From assembly GCA_049889835.1 (NCBI GenBank), contig JBMHCQ010000025.1, positions 15,744-79,743 of the forward strand: a DNA stretch of 64,000 nucleotides, given 5' to 3'. Of the stretch, positions 26,786 through 36,490 are shown one piece after another. The DNA comes from Akkermansiaceae bacterium (lineage in GTDB: Bacteria; Verrucomicrobiota; Verrucomicrobiia; Verrucomicrobiales; Akkermansiaceae). Under the pieces are notes generated by a model, which made no database searches, had not been told where the DNA came from, and saw only the letters and a program-made list of their open reading frames with translations. Position 1 is the first letter of the stretch; the number at the start of each line of letters is the position of its first letter. The translations under genes and the position numbers were made by a program.

Positions 26786-28299
26786 TGTATGCCGCGCTTC
26801 ATTTCCCTGATCTTGCCCTCTATTGTCTACTGACCAGAGACGCTGATCTGTGCACCCAACCCGCGGCTTTACTCTCGGAAGGAGAACGGGAGAAATCCCA
26901 TCTCGTCGCGCTCAATGGACTCGCCCGGAAATCCGGACTCGCGCGTGGAATGCGCACCACTCATGCGCTCGCGCGCTGTGCCGATCTCGTCTTTCTGGAA
27001 CGGGAACCTGAAACGGAACAAGCGACGATTCGACAACTCTCCGGCTTTGCGGAATCCCTCACTCCCGATTTTGAACTGACCTCGCCCGAAAGTATCCTGC
27101 TCGACCTCTCCACCATCGTTTTTTCCACCTCCCGGGAATGGACCACACAAACGCTTCGAGAAGCCGTTTATCTCGGACTTCCTCTTCAGATCGCAACCGC
27201 CCCCATCCCAGATCTCGCGCACCTCTGCTCCCTTTCACCCCGCACTTCGGCAAGCTTGTCCTTTGAGCCGAACTCCCGCCTGTTCGTTCCTGAAAAAATC
27301 GACCCCGGAGTTCTCACTCTCCCGGAGATTGTCTCGGCCGGGACATTCCCACTCCCTGATCTGGCCCTTCTGGATCTCTGGGGAGTGCAAACTCTGGCCG
27401 ATCTCTCCGCCCTCCCTCGTCAAGGTCTCGCGGAGCGGCTCGGGCCGGAAGCCACTCTTCTGCACGATATTTTCCACCAGAAAACTCATCGCCTGCTCCA
27501 ACTTAGCCGAGCGAGCACCAGCTATCAGGCGAAGCATTTTTTTGAAACTCCCGTCGAAAACTTCGAGCCCATTCTCTTTGTAGCCCGACGCCTTTTTCAA
27601 ACCCTGTGCAATCGCCTCCGCGCCCATCAGCGGGCCACCTCGCTCATCGAATTCTCCATCGCTTATGACAATGGCGCGGGGCACTCCAAGTCCCTCCGTC
27701 TTTCCGAGCCCACCCTCGATCCAGACATCCTTCTGCGCACGCTTCACACGCATCTCAATGACCTCCGCGCTCCCGACCGCACAGAGGAATTCCATCTCAA
27801 GCTCGAGGAAGCCCTCCCCGGCCACAAGCAGCACGAAATCTTCCGCAAGGGACTGAAGGACCCTCATCAATTTGCCGATACCGTGCGTCGGCTGTCCGCA
27901 CTCGTGGGACACGGTCGCCTCGGCATCCCCCAACTTCAGGACAGCCATCGCCCGGACGCTTTCACGATGTTTCCAGTCTCACTCGATTTTCAAAAGCCCG
28001 AGGAGATCCTCGAATCCGAACCCGTGGGCGATCTCCCGATGTCGCGCTTCCGCCCCCCCATCCCCATTCAAGTGATGACCGAAAAACGAGGACGTTTCCG
28101 GCGACCCCTTGCCGTTCTTACCGGCCCCCATCAGGGGAGAATTCTCCAGTGCCGCGGCCCTTTCCCCCTCTCCGGAAATTGGTGGGATCGACGCTGGCAG
28201 GAAATGCAGTGGGATGTCGAACTTGAGCAGCGACGCCTCTTCCAACTCACCGAAAAATCCGCTGGGGAATGGCTTCTCTCCGGAATCTACGGAGGATGA
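26785..28299 (+). CDS. imuB: ImuB, Y-family polymerase-like protein, 504 aa
   Basis: MYAALHFPDLALYCLLTRD... is the typical ImuB N-terminus. The start was set at this ATG rather than the track start at 26587, which overlaps imuA out of frame. Confidence 0.8.
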   Translation: MYAALHFPDLALYCLLTRDADLCTQPAALLSEGEREKSHLVALNGLARKSGLARGMRTTHALARCADLVFLEREPETEQATIRQLSGFAESLTPDFELTSPESILLDLSTIVFSTSREWTTQTLREAVYLGLPLQIATAPIPDLAHLCSLSPRTSASLSFEPNSRLFVPEKIDPGVLTLPEIVSAGTFPLPDLALLDLWGVQTLADLSALPRQGLAERLGPEATLLHDIFHQKTHRLLQLSRASTSYQAKHFFETPVENFEPILFVARRLFQTLCNRLRAHQRATSLIEFSIAYDNGAGHSKSLRLSEPTLDPDILLRTLHTHLNDLRAPDRTEEFHLKLEEALPGHKQHEIFRKGLKDPHQFADTVRRLSALVGHGRLGIPQLQDSHRPDAFTMFPVSLDFQKPEEILESEPVGDLPMSRFRPPIPIQVMTEKRGRFRRPLAVLTGPHQGRILQCRGPFPLSGNWWDRRWQEMQWDVELEQRRLFQLTEKSAGEWLLSGIYGG

Positions 28300-28303
28300 A
28301 CCG

Positions 28304-31300
28304 ATGGAACTTCTCGCCAAATCGTCCTTCTCGTTTCTCCGTGGAGCCAGCCCACCGGAAGCACTCATCGCCCGGGCCGCGGAGCTCGGCCACCGCTCGC
28401 TGGGCCTGATCGACCACATGGGTTTTTACGGATCCGCACGAGCCCATCAAGCCGCCCGGAAAGTAGGAGTGCGCGCCCTGGTGGGCGTCACCCTAGAGAA
28501 AATTCGCCTCGGAAAAAGCCAGCACGTTTTAGAGCAACTGCCCATCCTCGTCACCTCACGCACAGGCTATCGAAATCTCTCCCGACTTCTCACCCACTTG
28601 CACTGCTTCCCGAATGAAGCCCGTAAATTGCACGGTGATCTTTCCGGTCTGCACGCCGTGCTCACCTGCGAATCATTCTCAAAAATCCGCCGCGCTCCCC
28701 TTCTTCAGGCCACCATTGATTTGAGACATCATTTCGGAAATGGTAGCGTTTCCATCGCACTCCAGCGTCACTATCGTCGGGGCGAAGAAAAGGTCAATCG
28801 CTTGCTCTCCGATCTGGCCAGTCATCTCAAACTCCCGCTGCTCGCGACTCATACACCGCTTTACGCGCGCCCACAGGACCGACTCCTTACCGATGCCTTC
28901 ACCTGCTTGCGTGAGCACTGCACACTCGATGACGCAGGACGACATCTTGAAATCAACGGTGAACGCTTTTTAAAGTCACCCGCCTCACTTCATTCCCTTT
29001 TTCGTGATCACCCGGAGGCGGTCAGACACGCGCACGAACTCTCGGAACGATGCGAGTTCACGCTGGAAAACCTTGGCTACCGCTTCCCACGTTATCGGGA
29101 CCCAGACACCGGATGCCTCATGAGCGAGGACGCACAAAACCGTACCCTCACCGAGATTTCCCGTTCGTTTCTCCCCCATAAAATTCCCCACTTCACACCC
29201 GCGCACCGCAAACAACTGGAAGCCGAACTCAGAACCATCGCCCATCTCGGGTTCTCGGGTTACTTCCTCATCGTCTGGGATCTCGTGTGCTTTGCCCGCT
29301 CCCAAGGTATTCTATGCCAGGGCCGGGGATCAGCCGCAAACTCACTCCTTTGCTACATCCTCGGCATCACCAATGTCGACCCCGTCACCAGCGGTCTTCT
29401 CTTTGAGCGCTTCCTCTCGGAAAATCGCACCTCATGGCCGGATATTGATATCGATTTCCCCTCAGGAGAACGTCGCGAGTCCGTCATCCAATATCTCTTT
29501 GAAAAATACGCTCCCCACGGAGCCGCGATGACCGCAAACGTGATCACCTATCGCCCCCGCTCCGCCTTCCGGGAAATGTCCAAGGTCCTCGGCTTCCCCG
29601 AAACAATTGCCCATCGCTTCACCGACCTTTGCACCTCACCCAAGGTGAGTGATGTCACCCGCGAACATCATTCCGATGAACTTTCAATGGATCACTACTA
29701 CCCGCGCGATCAGGTGCTGGAACTCGCCGCCACGATCGAGCGCTCTGGCATTCCGCGGCAACACCCGCGTTTTGAACCGCTTTTGAAGCTCTATCATGCC
29801 ATTCTCGGCTCCCCCCGCCACCTCGGGCAACACTCCGGAGGCATGGTGTTTTGTGATGACGGACTCGACCACATCGTCCCCCTGCAACCTGCGACTATGC
29901 CCGGACGCACCGTTCTGCAATGGGACAAGGACGACTGCGAGGATCTCGGCATTGTCAAAGTGGACCTCCTCGGACTCGGTATGCTCGCCGCGATGGAAGA
30001 CTCGATCCGCCTCTGCGAACAGCGGGGAAAACGCATCGATCTGGCGCGTATTCCAAAGGACGATCCCGCCACCTACACCATGCTGTGTGAAGCCGACACC
30101 ATTGGCACTTTTCAGGTCGAATCCCGGGCCCAGATGGCCACGCTTCCCATCATGCGGCCACAAAAGTTTTACGACCTCGCCATTGAAGTCGCCATCATCC
30201 GTCCCGGCCCCATCGTTGGAGATCTCGTGCATCCCTACCTCAATCGGCGCAACGGTCGCGCTCCCATCGACTACATTCACGAAAGCTTTCGCCCCATTCT
30301 TGAGCGCACGTTGGGAGTGCCCCTTTTTCAAGAACAGGTCCAGAAAATGGCGATGACGATCGCCGACTTCTCCGGCGTGGAAGCGGACCAGCTTCGCAAG
30401 GCCATGGCCTTTAAAAAATCCGACGACCGCATGCGCGAAATTTCCGAAACAATGTGTTCCCGCATGGAGGCCAAAGGCATCTCACGCGATGTTCAGCATC
30501 AAGTTATTCAGTCTATCGGTTCCTTCGCGCTCTACGGTTTCCCGGAGTCTCATGCCATTTCCTTCGCCCTCATCGCCTACGCCTCCTGTTGGCTCAAGGT
30601 CCATCATCCCGTCGAGTTTTACTGTGGTCTTATCAATAACCAGCCGATGGGTTTTTACTCTGTGAACACGCTCATTCAAGACGCCAAACGTCACGGAATT
30701 CGAACCAAGCCAGTCTCCGTGATCCACTCCATGATTGAAAGCACTGTGATCGATGACCACGCCCTGCGCCTCGGCCTTCAAGGTCTCAAGGGCCTTCGCC
30801 AAGTCACTCTCGAGAAACTCGTCAAAGCGCGTTCTCAAAAGCAATTTTTCTCTCTTTCTGATTTTCTTGCCAGAGTCTCTCCCAACAAGAAGGAACGTCG
30901 CATTCTCTCCGCTTCCGGCGCTCTTAATGAACTTCCGGAGGTGACTCACCGGCGTGATGCCCTCTGGAAAGCCGAGCTCCTTCCACCCGATGATCTTTTC
31001 GCTCAAAGCGCTCCGATTCACACCAAACCGCTTGCGATGATGTCGCCCTCTGAACGCCTCGCCGCAGATTTCTCCATTCAAGGATCGACTGTCGGGCCAC
31101 ATCCGATGCGCCTCTGGCGGAAAGATCACCCCGAGGAAACTTCCACACATTCCAGAGCTCTCAGCCACCTCTTACACGGAACCCCTCTCACCATCGCTGG
31201 CATGGTCATTTGCCGTCAGCGCCCCGGCACTGCCAAAGGGCATTGCTTCATCTCACTCGAAGACGAATACGGCATCATCAACCTCTTTGTCCCCCGTAAA

Positions 31301-31462
31301 ATCTTCCATCAATATCGCATCGTCATCGTCAACGAACCCTTTCTTTTTGTGACAGGTCACCTCCAAATTACCGAAGGGAACAAACCCACAATCTACGTCA
31401 ATCAGATCGCCCCACTGAACAACACAAAGAGAATCAAAGTCTCCTCCCATGATTTTCATTAG
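28304..31462 (+). CDS. dnaE2: error-prone DNA polymerase DnaE2 (Pol III alpha paralogue), 1052 aa
   Basis: MELLAKSSFSFLRGASPPEALIARAAELGHRSLGLIDHMGFYG (PHP domain), GRGSAANSLLCYILGITNVDP, VDLLGLGML, FQVESRAQM, and a C-terminal OB fold. Starts 4 nt after the imuB stop. Confidence 0.9.
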   Translation: MELLAKSSFSFLRGASPPEALIARAAELGHRSLGLIDHMGFYGSARAHQAARKVGVRALVGVTLEKIRLGKSQHVLEQLPILVTSRTGYRNLSRLLTHLHCFPNEARKLHGDLSGLHAVLTCESFSKIRRAPLLQATIDLRHHFGNGSVSIALQRHYRRGEEKVNRLLSDLASHLKLPLLATHTPLYARPQDRLLTDAFTCLREHCTLDDAGRHLEINGERFLKSPASLHSLFRDHPEAVRHAHELSERCEFTLENLGYRFPRYRDPDTGCLMSEDAQNRTLTEISRSFLPHKIPHFTPAHRKQLEAELRTIAHLGFSGYFLIVWDLVCFARSQGILCQGRGSAANSLLCYILGITNVDPVTSGLLFERFLSENRTSWPDIDIDFPSGERRESVIQYLFEKYAPHGAAMTANVITYRPRSAFREMSKVLGFPETIAHRFTDLCTSPKVSDVTREHHSDELSMDHYYPRDQVLELAATIERSGIPRQHPRFEPLLKLYHAILGSPRHLGQHSGGMVFCDDGLDHIVPLQPATMPGRTVLQWDKDDCEDLGIVKVDLLGLGMLAAMEDSIRLCEQRGKRIDLARIPKDDPATYTMLCEADTIGTFQVESRAQMATLPIMRPQKFYDLAIEVAIIRPGPIVGDLVHPYLNRRNGRAPIDYIHESFRPILERTLGVPLFQEQVQKMAMTIADFSGVEADQLRKAMAFKKSDDRMREISETMCSRMEAKGISRDVQHQVIQSIGSFALYGFPESHAISFALIAYASCWLKVHHPVEFYCGLINNQPMGFYSVNTLIQDAKRHGIRTKPVSVIHSMIESTVIDDHALRLGLQGLKGLRQVTLEKLVKARSQKQFFSLSDFLARVSPNKKERRILSASGALNELPEVTHRRDALWKAELLPPDDLFAQSAPIHTKPLAMMSPSERLAADFSIQGSTVGPHPMRLWRKDHPEETSTHSRALSHLLHGTPLTIAGMVICRQRPGTAKGHCFISLEDEYGIINLFVPRKIFHQYRIVIVNEPFLFVTGHLQITEGNKPTIYVNQIAPLNNTKRIKVSSHDFH

Positions 31463-31520
31463 CTTGAGTCTGACCAAGTGGGGATTGACCCCATTCCGGG
31501 TTTCTCCCACATTCCATGTC

Positions 31521-32216
31521 ATGTCCTTGGCAATTTTTTCCGCGCTCATTCTTCTCACTCTCGCCCCCATCCGAGCCGAGATTGAAAACGAAATTCCCTG
31601 GGGAATTGAAACTGTCGCCGGAATTCGCTCCGGATACGTTTATCGTGGTATCGAACTCGCGGACACCTCGCTCGACCTACAAATCGAAGCCGAGATTTCA
31701 TTGTCAAACGATACGAGCCTGAGTCTGGGAACTTGGCACCTCTCGGAAAGCAGCGGAAATTTTTCTGAATCCGCCGTCTTTCTCGATCTTCATCACGAGC
31801 TCAATGAGCAGACTCAAATCGGAACTTCCCTCACCTCTCGGAACTTTCGAAACTCCGTCCTCGAGAGTGGATTGGATTTTGGTGTGTTCCTGAACCGCCG
31901 AATCAATGATCTCTGGGATGTGAAAGCCGGAGCCTACTACGACACTGGTAACGATGCCTTCTACGCTTCAACGGAAATACGCTGGCGCAAGCCCATTTCG
32001 GAAAAGACCTTTGTCTCTATCGACAATGGAGTGAGCTTCGTCTCGAACTACCTTGATCGTGAAGGGTTCAACGAGCTCTACGGCCGACTTTCATTCACCT
32101 ACGCCATCTCTGATGCCTCGGCCATCACTCCCTTCCTCGGCTGGAGCATGCAACTCGACGACTCAAGAGCCACCGATCCAGTTTTCGGCGGAGTGTGGTT
32201 CGAGTTTATCTTTTAG
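31521..32216 (+). CDS. outer-membrane beta-barrel, TorF/Gcw_chp-like porin guess, 231 aa
   Basis: Signal peptide MSLAIFSALILLTLAPIRAE. SGYVYRGIELAD resembles the YxFRGxSQ motif of TorF-family porins. Alternating beta-strand pattern with C-terminal WFEFIF ending in Phe. Confidence 0.55.
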   Translation: MSLAIFSALILLTLAPIRAEIENEIPWGIETVAGIRSGYVYRGIELADTSLDLQIEAEISLSNDTSLSLGTWHLSESSGNFSESAVFLDLHHELNEQTQIGTSLTSRNFRNSVLESGLDFGVFLNRRINDLWDVKAGAYYDTGNDAFYASTEIRWRKPISEKTFVSIDNGVSFVSNYLDREGFNELYGRLSFTYAISDASAITPFLGWSMQLDDSRATDPVFGGVWFEFIF

Positions 32217-32238
32217 AAAAGATTACCCTTCATTCGAT

Positions 32239-32988
32239 TCACTCGGCCTTGCCAGCCTTTGCAGGCTTCTCCCTCGGTGTTCCTTGACGGTGACGAGGAC
32301 TCGCTTTCGCGCGAAACTCCTTTGAATGTAACAGACCATCGGAATCCTGATCAAGACGATCGAAGCTCTTCTTGCGGGATTTCTCAGGAATTTTTTGCAC
32401 ATGAGGCATCTCAAGAAACTCCCTATATGACAGCTTCTCATCCTGATTAATGTCGAATTTCCGAAAAATCTGGCCCGGACCGGGCCCTCCCGGGCCATAC
32501 CCCTTGGGACGATCCTTTGGATCAATCACACCATCCTTATTCCGGTCAAGTCGGTCAAACAAACGCTTGCGAGACGTCTCATTAAGCCTCGCAAAACGGG
32601 GGTAAGCTGCAAATTCCTCCTTCGTAATCCGACGATCCTTGTTTTTATCAGCTTGACGCAAAAGCTTCCCAGGATCCGGGAACGAATACTCCTTTCCTGC
32701 CGGTTTGATCTCTTTCCGCGTAATCATACCATCGGAATTTTTATCCAAACGGGCAAAGAGCCGGTCACGGACACTCTCCTCGAGACCTTGAACCCTGCGC
32801 GCTTGGTCGAATTCCTCCCGAGTCACCTTGCCATCTTGATCCGCATCAAGATTCTCAAAAAACTGGGAAGTATGAGCCTTTTCGCGCTTCTTTCCCTTCT
32901 CTGCTTCATCCTTTGACACCCTCTTTGCACCTTCGCCCAGAGCGTAAGAAACAGAGAGGATGAGGGAAATGACAGATAGAAAGCGCAT
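32239..32988 (-). CDS. secreted multi-EF-hand calcium-binding protein, 249 aa
   Basis: Signal peptide MRFLSVISLILSVSYALG. Six EF-hand loops: DADQDGKVTREEF, DKNSDGMITRKEI, DKNKDRRITKEEF, DRNKDGVIDPKD, DINQDEKLSYREF, DQDSDGLLHSKEF. Confidence 0.8.
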   Translation of the reverse strand: MRFLSVISLILSVSYALGEGAKRVSKDEAEKGKKREKAHTSQFFENLDADQDGKVTREEFDQARRVQGLEESVRDRLFARLDKNSDGMITRKEIKPAGKEYSFPDPGKLLRQADKNKDRRITKEEFAAYPRFARLNETSRKRLFDRLDRNKDGVIDPKDRPKGYGPGGPGPGQIFRKFDINQDEKLSYREFLEMPHVQKIPEKSRKKSFDRLDQDSDGLLHSKEFRAKASPRHRQGTPREKPAKAGKAE

Positions 32989-33088
32989 TTGATGCCACCG
33001 ATCAAACCATGATCCGAAGAAAAAGTTGCACAAAAAGTGCGCTTTTCCTTCGACCAGAAGACGGGACCGGCCCTAGGTTTCTCGCCAG

Positions 33089-33958
33089 ATGGACATGCTG
33101 ACTTCGCTTCGTGCTCCGGACACGACCCTTTCATTCGAGTTTTTCCCCCCAAAGGATGAAGATTCCGCTGACGCCTTGTTCAAGACCGTACATGAGCTGA
33201 ACCAGTTTCATCCCTCCTACGTGAGCGTGACCTACGGCGCCGGAGGAACAACCCGCGAGCGTACCCGGGCCGTCGTTCAGCGCATCATCCGGGAGGCTCA
33301 AATCCCGACTATCCCCCACCTCACCTGCATCGGACATACCCGGGATGAGATGACGGAAATCCTCGATCGATATGCCGAGGATTCTGTCAAAACGATCCTC
33401 GCCCTGCGCGGTGACCCGCCGAGGGATCAGCCCAATTACGACCGAAGCAAGGACGAGTTTAAGTTCGCCTCCGACTTGGTGCGCTTTATCAAAGAGCATC
33501 CCCATCCATTCAACGTTGGAGTCGCGGGCTTTCCCGAAGGCCATCCGGCCACCCTCAATCGACTCACCGAGATGGATTACTTCAAGGAAAAGGTTGATGC
33601 AGGAGCGGACTACATCTGCACCCAACTATTTTTCGACAATCACGATTTCCTCGACTACCGGGACCGCTGCGCCCTGGTCGGAATCAAGATCCCCGTCGTG
33701 GCAGGCATCATGCCCATCACCACCCATTCAAGCATGAAGCGAATGGCGGAGCTGGCTGCAGGAAGCCACTTTCCCGCAGCCCTTCTCCGCGTCTTGGGAG
33801 CAGCGGGCGGGGAGAGATTAGTAGTCAGGCAAGCCGGGATCGACTACGCGACAAGACAATGCCGGGAACTCATTGATGAGGGTGTCGCTGGTCTCCACCT
33901 TTACACTCTGAACAAAAGCGGAGCGACCAAGGAGATTGTCAAAAACCTCTCGGTTTAG
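33089..33958 (+). CDS. metF: 5,10-methylenetetrahydrofolate reductase, 289 aa
   Basis: LSFEFFPPKDE, YVSVTYGAGGTTRERT, PHLTCIGHTR, ILALRGDPP and DYICTQLFFD are classic MetF motifs. Confidence 0.9.
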   Translation: MDMLTSLRAPDTTLSFEFFPPKDEDSADALFKTVHELNQFHPSYVSVTYGAGGTTRERTRAVVQRIIREAQIPTIPHLTCIGHTRDEMTEILDRYAEDSVKTILALRGDPPRDQPNYDRSKDEFKFASDLVRFIKEHPHPFNVGVAGFPEGHPATLNRLTEMDYFKEKVDAGADYICTQLFFDNHDFLDYRDRCALVGIKIPVVAGIMPITTHSSMKRMAELAAGSHFPAALLRVLGAAGGERLVVRQAGIDYATRQCRELIDEGVAGLHLYTLNKSGATKEIVKNLSV

Positions 33959-33966
33959 GCGACCTT

Positions 33967-35640
33967 CTACTCGGATGAAGGAGGCGTATTCACTTTAATC
34001 CGACTATCCTCCAAAAGGCGGATCGACTCTTCCGTCGTGATCTTTGAGAAGGTGGACTGGAATTTTAACGGTAACCAACGCAAACCTTCTTCGTCAGCCG
34101 GATAAAGCTTAACGAGACTCGGGTAGTCTGCCACCGCATCTTCCGCAATCCCAAAGGATAAGTCCCCTTCGATCCGGTGGACATTCATTTCATAACGCAA
34201 GCGCTGTGCCTCCAACTCCTTGGGACTGAGACTCTCGCTTTCATTCGGGGAAGCATCGACCCCGGCATCTTCGATCTCAATGTCGAAGTCATTCACCTTT
34301 CCTCCGCCTGCCACCCGCTTAAGAGTCATGCGATCATTTTCCAAATCTAGAGCAGATGAAGTATCGGTCACATCTGGATTGACGCCATTGCCATAGCCTT
34401 CGGTAAGCACGATTCCCAAGGAATCTGCAGCTTCTTTTTGAGTGGGTAATTTCGAAACAAGGTCTCCTTTAAGCTGAATCAAGTTGCCAGATCGGAGATC
34501 CAAATCATTGATTTCCATCCTCCCTCCTTCTGTTTTGAACTCAAAACTGACTTGGTCAAAATCCACCCTTCGATAGCTTCGACTGATATCCAAAACCGAC
34601 ATCGTTTTAAGAATTTCCCATTTCTCGCGAAACGTCACCAGATCGGCATCCTCTAAATTCACCTTCCCTGACATCACGATCCGACGGTTGGTAGAGCCAG
34701 TAATCGCAAGTTCTCCAGAAATATTGCCAGACATGAAATCACGGACACGCACCCCCGGCAGCTGAACAAGAGAATCGATTGGAAGACTCCCCATCGTTCC
34801 AGAGAGATCGAATTCGGGGAAACCAAGTGTCCCTCCGATAGAGCCAGAGAGATTGAGAGTTCCCTCGGCAAGTTCGAGATTCAGCGTCTTGACCTCAACG
34901 CCGGTGGATGTGACCAAAAGCTTCGCTTCAATCAGATTCAAATTTTGCAACCAGTTTTGAGAAAACTTCCCACCCTCTAAAGTTACATTCCAAACCCCGT
35001 CCGTAAAATCCGCGCGCAAAGAAGTCCCCTCAATCGCGCCATAAGTCAGTTTGGAATATCCCCAATCCACATTGAGTTTTTCAATCAATATGGATTCCAA
35101 CGGCCCACCCTCAAAAGTATCCAAGATTACTTGATAAGCAGCAGACATCTCCTCCTCCTCCCCGCCCGCCTTGAGCTGAAATGAAGCTCCAGAGATCGTG
35201 AGCTCACTCGGAACCCATCGCTCAGAAATTCCAGAAAGAAGATCGAAGGGCGCATTCATGTTTCCGATCCGCCCCTCGATAAAGAAACTCTCTTCGCCTC
35301 CCAAGAGTTCAATCTCACGGAATGTCCCCTGACCACGGGCTCTGCTAAAGTGAGCAATTACGATTTCCTCTGTTCCAAGAACCTCTGCAATCTGGTCACT
35401 CAGTTTATCCCGGTAGCGATCGGTGCTGGAATGGCGCGCCAGGAAAAAATATCCAATTGCCACAACAGTCACCACGAAAATAGCAAGCTTGACCAGCAGG
35501 CTGCCTAGCTGTTTTGAAATCGAGTAATTCCCAACAATACCAGCGTATCGGAGCTGGAAAATAATCCCCTGCTCTCCGATCCATTCTGAAACACGGTTCT
35601 GATACTCGTTCAGCCGTTCTTCGTCCACCGATTGGTCCAC
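33967..35640 (-). CDS. membrane-anchored hypothetical protein (AsmA-like architecture guess), 557 aa
   Basis: One TM helix (LLVKLAIFVVTVVAIGYFFL) about 45 aa from the N-terminus, then a beta-rich body with repeated ...GTLNLSGSIGG..., ...ISGELAITGS..., ...LKGDLVSK... segments. Confidence 0.65.
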   Translation of the reverse strand: MDQSVDEERLNEYQNRVSEWIGEQGIIFQLRYAGIVGNYSISKQLGSLLVKLAIFVVTVVAIGYFFLARHSSTDRYRDKLSDQIAEVLGTEEIVIAHFSRARGQGTFREIELLGGEESFFIEGRIGNMNAPFDLLSGISERWVPSELTISGASFQLKAGGEEEEMSAAYQVILDTFEGGPLESILIEKLNVDWGYSKLTYGAIEGTSLRADFTDGVWNVTLEGGKFSQNWLQNLNLIEAKLLVTSTGVEVKTLNLELAEGTLNLSGSIGGTLGFPEFDLSGTMGSLPIDSLVQLPGVRVRDFMSGNISGELAITGSTNRRIVMSGKVNLEDADLVTFREKWEILKTMSVLDISRSYRRVDFDQVSFEFKTEGGRMEINDLDLRSGNLIQLKGDLVSKLPTQKEAADSLGIVLTEGYGNGVNPDVTDTSSALDLENDRMTLKRVAGGGKVNDFDIEIEDAGVDASPNESESLSPKELEAQRLRYEMNVHRIEGDLSFGIAEDAVADYPSLVKLYPADEEGLRWLPLKFQSTFSKITTEESIRLLEDSRIKVNTPPSSE

Positions 35641-35744
35641 GCCAAATCCTACGGATTCTGTGAGCCTTTGGCAAAAGAAATTAATCGCCTGTATTCCTTG
35701 GTTTTCCCTCGCCGAAGCGATTCTCCTCCGTTATTTCCTGCGCC

Positions 35745-36482
35745 GTGGAAGACGCTGATTACAAAGTGAGCCTCGAGATTTTCGAGGGCCCGCTTGACCT
35801 CCTGCTCTATCTCATCCGGCGCGACGAGGTGGATATTTACGATATTTCGATCGAGCGAATCACGTCACAGTATCTTGAATATGTTGAAAGTTTCAAGATG
35901 CTTAATATTGACTTGGCATCCGAATTCATCTCCATGGCGGCCAATTTGATGTATATTAAAAGCCGCACTCTTCTTCCCAAGCAGGTCCAGCCTCCCGAAG
36001 ACGAGGCCGATGAGGATGACCCCCGCTGGGAGCTGATTCGCCAGCTCATTGAATACAAGAAGTTCAAAGACGCCGCAGGATTCCTGGCTCGCAAGGAGAT
36101 CGAGCAAGAACAGGTGTTTGCTCACAGTCCTGAAAAGACCAAAAGTCCTCTCGATGAAGAGCCAGTACCACTTGCGGAGGTCTCAATTTTCGATCTTATT
36201 CGCGCCTTCCAAAATGTGATCAAGCGCTTCGAGGAAACTCGGGACTTCGGCGATATTGTCGATGATCGGCACACCGTGAGCGATAAAATCGAATTCCTGC
36301 TCGATAAGATCCCTCCCGGCGGCTCACGCAGCCTTCAGTCCATCTTCGAGCAAGCCAGCTCGAAGGTCGAAGTGATCGTCACCTTCCTTGCCCTTCTGGA
36401 ACTGATGAAGATGAACCAGTTCTGCGCACGACAAGACCAGCTGCTGGGCCAAATCGAGATCGAGCGCACCGCCGCACCTTGA
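35745..36482 (+). CDS. scpA: segregation and condensation protein A, 245 aa, GTG start
   Basis: LEIFEGPLDLLLYLIRRDEVDIYDISIERITSQYLEYV is the conserved ScpA N-terminus. Confidence 0.85.
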   Translation: MEDADYKVSLEIFEGPLDLLLYLIRRDEVDIYDISIERITSQYLEYVESFKMLNIDLASEFISMAANLMYIKSRTLLPKQVQPPEDEADEDDPRWELIRQLIEYKKFKDAAGFLARKEIEQEQVFAHSPEKTKSPLDEEPVPLAEVSIFDLIRAFQNVIKRFEETRDFGDIVDDRHTVSDKIEFLLDKIPPGGSRSLQSIFEQASSKVEVIVTFLALLELMKMNQFCARQDQLLGQIEIERTAAP

Positions 36483-36490
36483 ATCCAGGT

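Noticed and set aside
26587-28303. Track starts for imuB (26587) and dnaE2 (28109), which give 66- and 65-aa N-terminal extensions.
   Set aside because: The extensions overlap the preceding gene out of frame and read as Arg/Ser/Pro-rich junk. Conserved N-termini begin at MYAALHFPD (26785) and MELLAKSSFSFLRGAS (28304), each coupled to the upstream stop codon.
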